Assembly: GCA_002633005.1 (NCBI GenBank)
Contig: NMRA01001083.1
Span: 1 to 58,666 of the forward strand
From: Phoronis australis
Taxonomy: Eukaryota > Animalia > Phoronida
Direction: 5' to 3'
Length of the DNA stretch: 58,666 nucleotides
Every line of letters begins with the position of its first letter. Positions within the stretch are counted from its first letter, which is position 1. The notes below the pieces were generated by a model that was given only the letters and a program-made list of their open reading frames with translations, made no database searches and had not been told where the DNA came from. Below are positions 13,070-24,285 of this stretch, in pieces. Made by a program: the position numbers and the translations under genes.

Positions 13070-14502
13070 TGACAGCCCAGTCCCATAACATGGATGCAGA
13101 AGAAGTCATAGTAATGGTGACTACAGCGAAGGGAAAGCAACTTTGGCTATCAAGGTGGTGAATGGCATATTGGAAGTTATGGAATTCTATGTCATCAGAC
13201 CATTGGACGTCGTAAATATATGTGTTGACTTTATTGGAAATGAGGTTTTTAAGGACGAAAGTCTCCAATCCCTTCAAAAACTTCCTAAGGATCATTTGAC
13301 AATATTTTCAAAGAATGTAACAGACCAAAATGCATTCACTGTGCAGAACTGAAATGGCCGTAAAGTGGTACACATTCGACGTTATGACGAAGACAACTGT
13401 CCACCTGGCATACTTTTCCTGACAAAGACCGGAATCTATCTCACATAAGGTGAATAATATGAGAAACTCCATGGATTCTTTGAGATAGTTAACGAAGACC
13501 TAAAAAACTTGAAGAAATAGTCAGAGTGTTCCTACATTCCTACAAAGAAATGTAAAGCTACCGATGCCCCCAACCCTACCAGTGTTAAACCCAGTGTAAC
13601 AAGCAGAGAACAAAGGCACGAAATACGGAATTGGGTTGACAATGCTGAAGGCAGCTAATAACTCTGAGATTGATATCACCGACTAGTTGCACAAAGAAAC
13701 TGAGACAGCTCAGTCCCATAACGTGGATGCAGAAGTCATGGAAAAGGTGACTACAGTGATGGGAAAGCAACTTCGGCTATCAAGGTGGTGAAACGCACAC
13801 TTAAACTGGTCAGAAGACCCTTGGACGTCCTAAATACACATGATGACTTTATTGGAAATGAGCTTTTTAAGAATGACTGTCTCCAGTCCTTTCCAAAAAC
13901 TTCCTGAGGATCACTCATTGATATTTTCACAGAATGGAACAGGCCAAAATGCATCCACTGTGCAGGAATATATTTGTAGCCGTGCAAGATTTATGTGGCC
14001 GTAAAGTTGTATACATTCGAAGTTATGACGAAGACAACTCTCCACCTGGCATACTTTTTGCGACAAAGAGTGGAATCTATCTCCCATAAGGCAAATATGA
14101 GAAACTCCAGGGATTCCTTGAGATCGTTAATGAAGACTTAAAAAAACTTAAAGGAAAAGTGTTCCCACAAAGAAACATAAATTGACTACTGTCCCAACCC
14201 TACCAATGTTAAACCCAACGCAAGGAGCAGAGAACAAAGGCACGAAATACAGAATTGGATCAACAACGCTGACGACAGCCAAGAACTCTTTGGAACCCAA
14301 GAGACCCAGCAGATGACATAGAAGGAAACAGGAACGTAGCACAACAGACGGTGTTGAACTTGGAAAAAAAACTTCCTGAGGAACAGACTTGTTTCCCAAG
14401 TTCATGAAGGCTTGCCTGAATTGAGATGTCTTAGAGCCCTGGCGACAGTATGCCAGGTACTTAGGAGATTGATATCACCGACTAATTGCAGAAAGAAACT
14501 GA
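13070..14502 (+). repeat. PC4-module tandem array, units 1-2 and start of unit 3 (decayed PC4-like ORFs at ~13315-13650 and 13934-14320)
   Basis: Repeated blocks CAGTCCCATAAC.TGGATGCAGAAG, TACACATTCGA.GTTATGACGAAGACAAC and GCAGAGAACAAAGGCACGAAATAC; unit spacing ~800 bp (CACCGACTA.TTGC at ~13677 and ~14476); homologous to 20480-21175. Confidence 0.85.
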
Positions 14503-14568
14503 GATAGATAGTAAGGACGAGTTCCGGTCGGAGGAGAATGGACGTGTTTCAGTGAGCTCCTACGTCGA

Positions 14569-15335
14569 ATGCCGAAAAAAGCTAAAAAAATGGCGAAGTC
14601 AACACCAACAGCAAGCATTCAAAGTTACATGTTACGAAATAAAGGTGGACTGGACGAAATAAAAGACTTAATCGTGAAAGTCGAGACTAACTTGTCAGAA
14701 AAAAATGACGAGTCGAAACGGGCTTTGGAAGCCCAGATCAGCGGTGTTGAGAGACGCCTTGGCAACATGGATTCACATGTTCTGAACGTAGAAAGTAAAG
14801 CTACTGACAACGAAACTGCAATAGTTGCACTGCAGGAGAAGCTTGATGCGATCCAGGACAGACTACTGAGGGAAGAAGTATGAAACAGGCGTTATAATTT
14901 CTTACTGTATGGTGTAGACTATGAAGAGGGCGAAAATGTTGAAAGGAAGGTATGAGATATTGTTGATAAACTGAGAATTGCTGAAAACTGCGTCGGAGTT
15001 TGTAACAGCAAACACACACAGAGTCCCCCGCAGAGTCACGCATAACAATTCGCCCAACCCTGTTGTGGTCAAGTTTGCTGTGCTTAGTGAGAGAAATGCG
15101 GTGTTTAAAGCAGGCACAAGTAAGAATCGTCCTAAAGATGTAACAGCTATTTTTCGCACTGATCTTCCAACTGTATTAAAGAAGAAAAGAGGGAAACTTG
15201 CTGCAAAGGCATATGATCTGAGATGAGATAAAGGGTGGAAAACTAGTGTACGGGAGTCGGGGACCGACGTGGGGCTGGAAGTGAAGAAAGGAGAGCACCA
15301 GTGGGAGAGATTCAATGTTGTTATTGATATTAATT
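14569..15335 (+). pseudogene. LINE ORF1p (coiled coil + RRM + CTD), with stops/frameshift
   Basis: Heptad coiled coil (LEAQISGVERRLGNMDSHVLNVESK..), YNFLLYGV, HRVPRR..SPNPVVVKFAVLSERNAVFK, DLPTVLKKKRGKL. Confidence 0.8.
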
Positions 15336-16013
15336 AAGCCTTGGTATCACAGTCATTATGTTTACGCTCAGGTCACCTTGGCAGTGGGACGTCCTGCTGA
15401 GTGAACTCTCACATGACTAGCTGGATGAATTTACATCCCCTATTTGTTATTTTTTCGGTTCTCTGCAGTGCTCTATTCATTGCCATTGCAGTTATTAGGT
15501 TACACCCAGGTTACATTGACAGTCGGACATCCTACTGAGTGAACTCTAGTGAACTCTCACATGACTAGCTGGACTCTGTAGATGGATTTACATGCCCATT
15601 GAGTCTATTTGGCATTGTTCTAGTTCTCCGTAGTGCAGGCTTTTCATTGCCCAGGTTTGATGTCTGATCTGTCGCTATGGTTTCCACAGTTCAACCTACG
15701 CTTGAACAAAGTGGCAGAAGTCACTGATCTTTTGGTGGGTCCCTGAATGGTTCGCTGCAAGGTACTTTTCATTTATTGTTTCGATGCTTTTTCATTTGTC
15801 GTTTACTTGTTACTCACCAGTTCAGCTATGAGTCCTGAGCACTGGTATTTGTTTACTTGTTCGCCATGCAGTAATATCTTTTCATTGTCAATGATCGGCT
15901 GGACGGCTGGAATATGGTAGTACTTCAGTGTGTACTGTTTTATGTATTTGTTAGAGTGCGTGTGAGTGTGCATGTGTGTGGGGCCTTTACTTTTTCTCTA
16001 GTTACTTTTGATA

Positions 16014-19000
16014 ATGGGTGAATTTTCAATATTATCTATGAACTGTAGGGGTCTGAGGGATGTTTCAAAATGAAAAGATGTCTTTGACTTTATTCGTAGA
16101 AAAAACTTTTCAATTTATTGTTTACAAGATAAACATTTTTTGGACTCAGAAAAGAATATAATTAAAGCAATGTGGGGATATGATGTATATCTAAGCTGTG
16201 AAGTTAGTAATTCAAGGGGAGTTTGTATACTATTCAATAATAATTTTGAATTCGAAGTAATTGGTGAAAAGTGAGACCAAAATGGTAACTTTTTGCTATT
16301 GAATATTTTTGTTGAAAAGAAAATTAAAATTTCTCGTATAAACCTTTATGGGTCAAATTCTGACGAACCAAATTTCTATAAATCAATTAGAGATTCCCTG
16401 TCTAGTCTTGATACTGACTTTGCTATAATATGTGGCGACTGGAATTTAGTCCAAGATTTTGAAAAAGATTGTTTTGCGTATGTGCGTTTAAATAATCCAA
16501 ACGCAAGAAGTTCTTAATATTTGTTCTCATTTTAACCTCATTGACCCATGGAGACAAGCCAATCCCAATAAGAAATCATTTACGTGGCAAAAGACGAATC
16601 CGATAAAGAAAGCACGCCTAGACTTTTTTCTTGTTTCAGATGAAATGTCTAATATTGTGGAACAGGTTAAAATGGATCCTGGATATAGGACCGACCATTC
16701 TTCTGTTATACTCGAACTGAAAATTGGAAATTTTGCTAGAGGTCTGGGTCTTTGGCGATTTACTAATTCTCTACTTAAAGATGCACACTATGTAGAACTA
16801 ATAAAGAATGTTATTAAAGAAACTAAAATCAAATATGGTGCTTTGCCTTACACTAGAAGCAGGATAACCGAAATTCCCGATGCAGATTTGTTATTAAATA
16901 TAGACGATTCGTTGTTTTTTGAAATGCTCCTACTCAACATTCGCAGTCAAACAATAAAATTTAGTAAAAAGAAAAAGAGACTGATGACCGTATAAAAACT
17001 TTAGAAGTACAAATTAGTGTACTTTTCAACATAAATTCAAACGAATCATTCTGCTGTTTTTGAAAAATTGTTTGATGAATTTTCTGAAGAACTACGCCGT
17101 CTGAGAGAAGATAACATGAGAGGAGCTATGATAAGAACAAGAGCGCGCTGGATTGAGCATGGGGAAAAGCCGTCAAAATATTTTTCTAATCTTGAAAAGA
17201 GAAATTATATTAATAAAAATATTACCAAATTAATTATGCCCAATGGGGAAACGGTTACAGACCAATCTCAGCTACTCTTGGAGGCATCAAATTTCTATAA
17301 AATGTTGTACCAAAATAGAGACGATGTCACTGAGGATTTCAACTTGGATGTTTTAATTTATGATAATGTTAAAAGGTTAAGCGATATAGAGAGCTCTTTG
17401 CTCGATGGACCAATTTCTATAACTGAAGCCTTTTCGGTAGTTAAGTTCATGAAAAACAATAAATCGCCAGGCCCGGACGGCTTCTCAGCTGAATTTTACA
17501 AATGTTTTTGGACTGATCTTTCAGTATTTTTGGTTCGTTCGTTTAATGATAGTTTTTCTAATAAGGTACATTGCCTGTAAGTCAAAATCAAGGGGTGATT
17601 TCTCTTCTGCCTAAGGGTAAAAACCTAGAGAGTACCTGACAAACTGGCGTCCTATCTCATTACACAATACCAGTTATAAGATTTTGTCAGGTTGTCTCGC
17701 GCAAAGATTGAAACTGATAATTAGTTCATTAGTACATGAAAATCAGAGGGGTTTTATCAAGGGTAGACATACCTGGGAAAACACTAGGAATATTTATGAT
17801 TTGATCCATTATACAGAAGAAATTAACATTCCAGGCCTTTTAGTACTTGTTGACTTTGAGAAGGCTTTTGATTCTATTTCATGGAATTTCATTTATAAAG
17901 TTCTCAAATTCTTTAATTGTAGTGAAAATTTTATTGATTGGATTCATCTTCTAAATGAGGGTTCACGTCTTTCTGTTATACAACATTATTTCACGTCAGA
18001 ATATTTTGCGATTGGGCGCGGGTGTCGACAGGGGGACCCGATTTCTCCATATCTCTTCATACTGTGCGCAGAGATCATGGCAATTATGGTCCGTCAGAAT
18101 TCGAAAATTAAAGGCATTTGTATTGGGAGCAGATCTCATAAAGTAATGCAGTATGCTGATTATACAGTCTTAACTCTTAATGGGTCTAGCGAATCTCTGA
18201 ATGAAACCCTGAATCTTTTAGACCAATTTTTCAAGTTCTCTGGACTAAAACCTAATTTAGAAAAAACAGAATGTGTATGGATAGGGTCTATGAAATACAG
18301 TGACATAAGGTTATGGCCTGAGAGAGAGCTACTTTGGAGAAAAAAATATTTCACCACACTTGGTATTAAATTTAGTCTCGAGCTGCCTGAAATAACCACA
18401 TTAAATTATGAAGAAAAGATCAGTGAAATTGAAAGTGGTCTCAGGACGTGGGCCAAAAGAAATTCGACTCCCCTGGGAAAAATAACTGTAATTAAAACAT
18501 TTATGATTTCCAAGCTAACTCATTTGTTTATTGCATTACCTTCCCCGTTACAGGAAACGATTCAAAGACTAGAAAAACTTTTCTATAATTTTGTATGTGA
18601 TGGTAAAAACGATAAAATTGGTCGAACTGCGTTAATTCAAAGTTTCACGCATGGAGGCTGTAAAATGATACACATTAGCTCTTTCATCAAATCTTTAAAG
18701 GTTTCATGGTTTCATAAAATAAATTCATGTTGTGAAGAATTGTGGATGGATATTTTGTCCTAAAATAACTTTTTTAATACCCATCGTAACTACTTGTGCT
18801 TCGGCACAACATTTTATGAGATCTGGTCCAAAAATATTTCAAAGTTGTTCTGGAAAGAGATATTCTCTTACATTAAAGAATTTTTGAGTAAATTTCCTAT
18901 AAAAAGAGAAAATATTATATATGAACCTTTGTAGTACAACTATATAATATTTTGGCAGGTAAAAGACATTTATACTATAGAAGGTGGTATGAGAAAAATA

Positions 19001-19291
19001 TTGTATTTATTTATGAGTTTTAGGACTCTAATGGGACGTTTATGAATTATGAAACTTTCTGTAATGTACATGATTTTTCTCCACCCTTCACTGAATACCT
19101 TGGTTTTAGGAGTATATTACGATCATATCTAAAAGATAGTAAAGGTCACGTCTTTCAAGTTACTTTACCTAATTTTCCACAGGTATTCTCTAACACCCTA
19201 TTTTGCCAAAAGCCAAATAAATTTATCTATGATACTTTAGTTTATCAGCTATATAGAAAACCAAAATTTGAGTTAAAATGGGAGATGGTGT
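16014..19291 (+). pseudogene. LINE ORF2p (APE endonuclease + reverse transcriptase), with stops/frameshifts
   Basis: SMNCRGL, YCLQD, IICGDWN, ARLDFFLVS, TDHS; GEKPSKYF, NKSPGPDGFSAEFYK, NWRPISL, VDFEKAFDSI, GCRQGDPISPYLF, YADY (YADD mutated). Confidence 0.92.
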
Positions 19292-19502
19292 NNNNNNNNN
19301 NNNNNNNNNNNNNNNNNNNNNNNNNNNNNNNNNNNNNNNNNNNNNNNNNNNNNNNNNNNNNNNNNNNNNNNNNNNNNNNNNNNNNNNNNNNNNNNNNNNN
19401 NNNNNNNNNNNNNNNNNNNNNNNNNNNNNNNNNNNNNNNNNNNNNNNNNNNNNNNNNNNNNNNNNNNNNNNNNNNNNNNNNNNNNNNNNNNNNNNNNNNN
19501 NN

Positions 19503-19630
19503 AACGAGCAGAGAACAAAAGTACGAAATACAGAATTGGATCAACAACACTGACGACAACCAATAACTCTCTGGAACCCAAGAGAACCAGCAGATGACAT
19601 TGGAGACAGGAACATAACAACACAGCAGAC
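19503..19630 (+). repeat. PC4-module array, end of unit 3
   Basis: GAGCAGAGAACAAAAGTACGAAATACAGAATTGGATCAACAAC... matches 14225-14350 and 21048-21170. Confidence 0.85.
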
Positions 19631-20477
19631 AGCGCCAGTACTCGTTTTATACCAACTCCAGTTCGCGCTTGCACGGTTTGTCCTTCCGGCATCTGCCATT
19701 TATGTAAGAAGTTTACTTCCAATATAGTTCTTCAAATACGAGTCGTTTTTCCTATTGGCGAGGTGGTACCTAGTTTGAATTCATGCCCCGGACACTGATA
19801 AACAAGTGGCCTGAACTGTATTACTGGAAAAATTGTTCTAAAGAGTGAGGATTGTAATTTGACAGACATTTTTACATTGGCGGTTGTGTGCCCTAATTAT
19901 TGCACAGTGACTCACACACTTTCGGAAGGCGTGACCTATTTTACTTGTGTGGCGCGTTTATATTGTATCATTTGTGTGATTTGTGAATGAGCAATCAAGC
20001 AATAACGTCTGTCCGTGCCCCTAAACAGTGGCAGCTTACGAAAAACGAAACAATCAACTCCTATGAGAGTTGGAGACAGAATTTGCTACATATACTGTTT
20101 TTAGACAAAAACGTCTCACCATTTCTGAAAGAAGGTGCAACCTGGCTAAAGAAATTGTCCACTAACCCTCTGCGAGGCCTGCTGGATGACGGAGACACTG
20201 TTCCAGAGGACCGACTTCCTGCCATCCAGAAAAATGCTTCTCATCAGTCAAATTGCGAACTTTTGCCCAACTATTTCCCGCAACTCAATTGTTCGGGATT
20301 CGACAAGCCTAACCGAAATCAGGCAGAAGATAAGACTGCAGTATGGGTTTGCATCGACGGGCTCTCAGTTTCTCGACCTTGAGGACACAAGAATGCAAGT
20401 TGACAAACGCCCAGATGACCTCTTCCAGCGTCTTACCGCATTTTTTGAGGACAGCTTGCTCACCACTAATTGCGGCG
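19631..20477 (+). mobile_element. LTR-retrotransposon fragment: leader plus truncated gag (19987-20477)
   Basis: [38 protein letters not shown]...[33 protein letters not shown]...RPDDLFQRLTAFFEDSLL resembles invertebrate Gypsy-type gag; one frameshift near 20240; inserted between PC4-array segments. Confidence 0.65.
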
Positions 20478-20751
20478 TGTTTCCCAAGTTCATGAAGGGT
20501 TGTCTGAATGGAGTTGTCTTAGAGCCCTGGTGACAGTATGCCAGGTACTTTGGAGATTGATGTCACCGACTAGTTGCTCAAAGAAAGTGAGACAGACCAG
20601 TCCCATAACATGGATGCAGAAATTCTATGTCAGAAGATCCTTGGACATCGCAAAGACATGTGTTGACTTAATTGGAAAGAGCTTCTTAAGAATGACTGTT
20701 GCCAGTCCTTTCAAAAACTTCCTGAGTATCACTCAACGATATTTTCACAGA

Positions 20752-21144
20752 ATGGAACAGGCCAAAATGCATCCACTGTGCAGGAACATATTTGTAACCC
20801 TGAAGGACTTCAAAGGTCGTCAAGTAGTACACATTCGACGTTATGACGAAGACAACGCTCAACCAGGCATACTTTTCCCGACAAAGACTGGAACATGTCT
20901 CAAAGAAGGTGAATATGAGAAACTCAGGGGATTCTTTGAGATCGTTAACGAAGACCTAAAGAAACGTAAAGAAAAAAGCAGAGTTCACACAAACAAACGT
21001 AAAGCGTCCGTGGCCCCAACCCTACCATTGTATAAACCAAGTGCAAGGAGCAGAAAACAAAGAAACGAAATACGGAATTGGGTAGACAACGCTGAAGACA
21101 ACCAAGAACTCTTTGCAACCAAACAGACCCAGCAAATGACATAG
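20752..21144 (+). CDS. PC4/Sub1-like ssDNA-binding domain protein (130 aa), intact copy in unit 4 of the array
   Basis: MEQAKMHPLCRNIFVTLKDFKGRQVVHIRRYDED..PGILFPTKTGTCLKEGEYEKL fits the PC4 pattern (V.V..FKG..vDIR.Y....P.KKGI.L..EQw.kL); basic tail follows. Confidence 0.7.
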   Translation: MEQAKMHPLCRNIFVTLKDFKGRQVVHIRRYDEDNAQPGILFPTKTGTCLKEGEYEKLRGFFEIVNEDLKKRKEKSRVHTNKRKASVAPTLPLYKPSARSRKQRNEIRNWVDNAEDNQELFATKQTQQMT

Positions 21145-21354
21145 AGACAGTTATATAACATGACAACAGACGGTGAATTTAACAGCTGAGAGACACTAAA
21201 TTTAAATGTCTAATTTAACATTGTACTAGTTTAAATCTGAACACAGATCCGATCAACACCGTTTTAGTCAGGATATGATTATAGTAAAATGTTTCTTTTC
21301 GTATATGTACATATGATATCGTTGGCATTCTTTAATTATATTGTTGTGGAAAAG

Positions 21355-23390
21355 ATGAGCGAAGTTAACAAAGGGGCAGAGCCATATTACAGTGACAGTT
21401 TCCGAAGGCTGTTGTATTCTGGTGCGCCAATCACCAGTTGAATCGTGTGGTCATGGTGGCATGCGCTTTGTTTGAAATATGACTAGCATCATAAATAAGG
21501 TATGCAATAAATTTTCACTGTATTTTTCATTTACATTCAACTGTCCCATGACAGTTATGTTAAATTTCAATTTTTCAGGTTGTTCGGTTCTTCAACTTTT
21601 CGCTGAACAAAAATGATGAGCTGCAACGTGTGATAGAGGAAAGTGGTTAACCAGCGCCAAAAACTGTGGGAATTATGTACAACTGGATGGGTGAAAACGA
21701 ACGTCGCTTACGACGTGTTCATCAACCAAAACCCTCAAGTACAAACTGTGACAAGATACTCTGTGTCATAATTTAATTTGGTAAACCTTAATTAGATGAT
21801 AGAATTAGTGTCAAGTTTGCTCATTACCAACATTGCACATTTTTGTAAATTTTTACATATTGCTCAAGCTCTACAGAATATCAGCACCTAGCAAAGGCAT
21901 TACATCATTCTCCCATTGAGTCCAACTTAATCGGTTGTAAAGCACAACAAGTTGAGCAGATGACCACTGTAGCCAGTATCTTACACAACTGAATGACAGA
22001 TGGAGAAAATGACTTTGGTTACCATCGTTTATTCATTGTTGTTGATGAAAACCTCTACCCGATGTCGAGAGTAGTTCTGCTAGGTTTCAGCAACCTTTTG
22101 AAGCCTGGTAGATAATTTGAGTGCATGTTGTCATACCAGACAAAAGACTGTGCTGGGCAGTAAAAGGAGCCACATGATATCACAGGGACAGAACCCACTC
22201 TATGTCTGGTAAAGTCACTGAACGGGAGAACGCCGAAATTTTTCAACTCGGAAAGATCCTCAGATGCCACTCAGTTCCTACACACCATAACTAACTTCGT
22301 CATCACACTGATTACTGTGAATGAAGTAATAAACTACCTAAAGAAGATAACAGTGTGTCTTCAAAGAACAGAGGTAGACATTGTCGAGGAGTTTAAATAT
22401 ATCAACACCACCCCCACAACACTGACAAGTGTAAATTCTATTAGTAATAGCTAAAGCAATGTTTCATTTTGTAAACACCAAATTGCGTATCATTTTTGGT
22501 CCTATGTAATTTCATGTAAACAAAAACATCAATTATATTTTAATAATTTAAGATTCGAGCTCACGACATCGATGGGTTTCATCAGCAGGCTTTTGATAAA
22601 GCTGCGGCTTATGTCCGTTCTGATGGAACTGAGCTCTCATGACCCAAGGATTGTAGGCAAGATGTCCTACAGACTGAACAGCGGCAGCAACGAAGATTCC
22701 ACATCTGGATACTAGAAGCTCAACCTAGCAATAACTTTCTTGGACCACGCTGTAGATCAAATGTGTGAGTTTGTAGTTGAAATTTTTTTAAGATATTGCC
22801 AAATATTTCGACAGTGAGCTTAAAATCATTATGCATTTCCAATTTGAAGTCCTCACTCATCAGGCTATAATGGGAATGGATGCTTTGCCTGCATGTGTTG
22901 TGGATGGAGACATTAAAAGCGAGATTGTCATACTTTCTAGAAGATGTTTGCGCTGAAGTTCAGGATGCCGAGCACGTTAGTGGAAGTTAAGAAATCAACT
23001 ATATGAAGACATCAACATATAGTCACCTATTATGTGCACGACATGTGAACGTTTGACACTAAATTTGAAACATAATTCAAATTTGATGTTGGCATCTTTG
23101 AATGCTTATTTTAGTACTGGAAAACCGTGGTACCAGAGCAGAGACCAGCATTGACACTCCAACCTCTCAAGGAACACAGTCAAATTATGTATCCAAACGG
23201 GCACACCATATTAAAGATCATCTGCATGTTTCCTGTAATATGTGAAGCAGAAAGATCCTTCAGCACATTAAGAAAACTGTCAACAATAACTAACGATCAA
23301 CTCTCTGCCCTGCCGCTCATGAACGCTCACAGGGCCATTCCTGTAGACGTTAAGAGTATCATCCGACACTCCAAAGGCATTACAAATTGT
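21355..23390 (+). mobile_element. hAT-superfamily transposase relic (THAP12/52-kDa-repressor-like), intron-containing
   Basis: PKAVVFWCANHQLNRVV (CxxH, ~21400), FFNFS and KLWELCTTGWV (~21590-21700), FVITL...LQRTEVDIVE (~22295), and dimerization domain YPN..TILKIICMFPVICEAERSFSTLRKL...LSALPLMNAH (23190-23340); segments separated by GT-AG-bounded AT-rich spacers. Confidence 0.8.
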
Positions 23391-23599
23391 ATCTGAGACA
23401 AACTTTGTTTCCGTTTTATATAAGCACTGGCCAGGGTGAGAATACTTCATTTTGAAACAGAACGCACCACAATAAACGTCAACGTGGCCAACTTGACGAG
23501 TGCTCATACGACAAAGACTTCACAGTTCGAACCGTAATACACTAATCAAGAAATACTAGATAGGCATTGTGAACGTGCAGACATATGGATATAGTTCCG

Positions 23600-23875
23600 A
23601 CATGAAATCCGTTGGAATGACTTGTCATGGTGTCAGTGCGCTAACGGCATGATAATGGAAACGACTGATTCTTGTGTAGTGTTGCCACAAATAACGCCTT
23701 CTTGGAGAAGCGCAGATGTGTCTCACGGACCATCCTGATTTTGCACTGCATCAAAACAGAGGTGTGCTTACGACGTTTATAGGGCTGGGAAAAGGGACTG
23801 GTGAAAATATCCCACACCCAGAGGACGAAACAGAACCCTTAAGAACAAGTCAGTCATCAAACAGGTTAATACTGT
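23600..23875 (+). pseudogene. P2X7 C-terminal ballast/Nanor-like Zn-binding domain fragment
   Basis: WCQCAN.MIMET...(frameshift)...CLTDHPDF..NRGVL matches the WCxCxxC..M.T...CITxHxxF...VL pattern. Confidence 0.55.
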
Positions 23876-23984
23876 TATGTTCTCATGCCGTGAATTTAAA
23901 GTATTTGCTTAGGTTTTCCTGACCAACTATTAATCAAAAACTGATCAACAACCGATCCGCTTTTCTTTGTCTTATGCCTGCCAA

Positions 23985-24285
23985 ATGGAAACCGTACACT
24001 AGGCACATCTGACTTCAGCCTCAGTCTCCTGTTCTGTCCTGGCATGAGCCGTTTGGTAATCCGGCATTCGATTGTCAGAGAAATGACTGTTGACGAAATG
24101 TTAGCCACAGACATGGTGAAGTTTCAAGTCCTCGTACTAGGTATAAATGGCGTATTTGTCATTCTTCACTACTGCGACCCACTTCCAAAGCATTATGGAC
24201 TCTCGAAGAAGTGGAAAAAACAATATACCAGCTTGTCTCGCAGCTTAATAGTTCCCACAAGTGGCAACGATACACCACACCATAG
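23985..24285 (-). pseudogene. THAP zinc-finger fragment of a DNA transposase
   Basis: Minus strand: MVWCIVATCGN..GILFFP...WVAVVK...HHVCG*HFVNSHF...LRLKSDVPS (C2CH plus AVP-like tail). Confidence 0.6.

Larger units (their letters stand above)
14503..19291 (+). mobile_element. L1/Tx1-clade non-LTR retrotransposon, near full length, decayed; 3' end in assembly gap
   Basis: ORF1, ~680 bp spacer, then ORF2 with APE endonuclease and RT. PC4-unit homology stops at ~14502 and resumes after the gap at 19503. Confidence 0.92.

Noticed and set aside
20470-20751. N-terminal extension of the 224-aa ORF ahead of the PC4 domain
   Set aside because: It starts inside the gag junction and the frame is not conserved in other units; the conserved start is the ATG at 20752.
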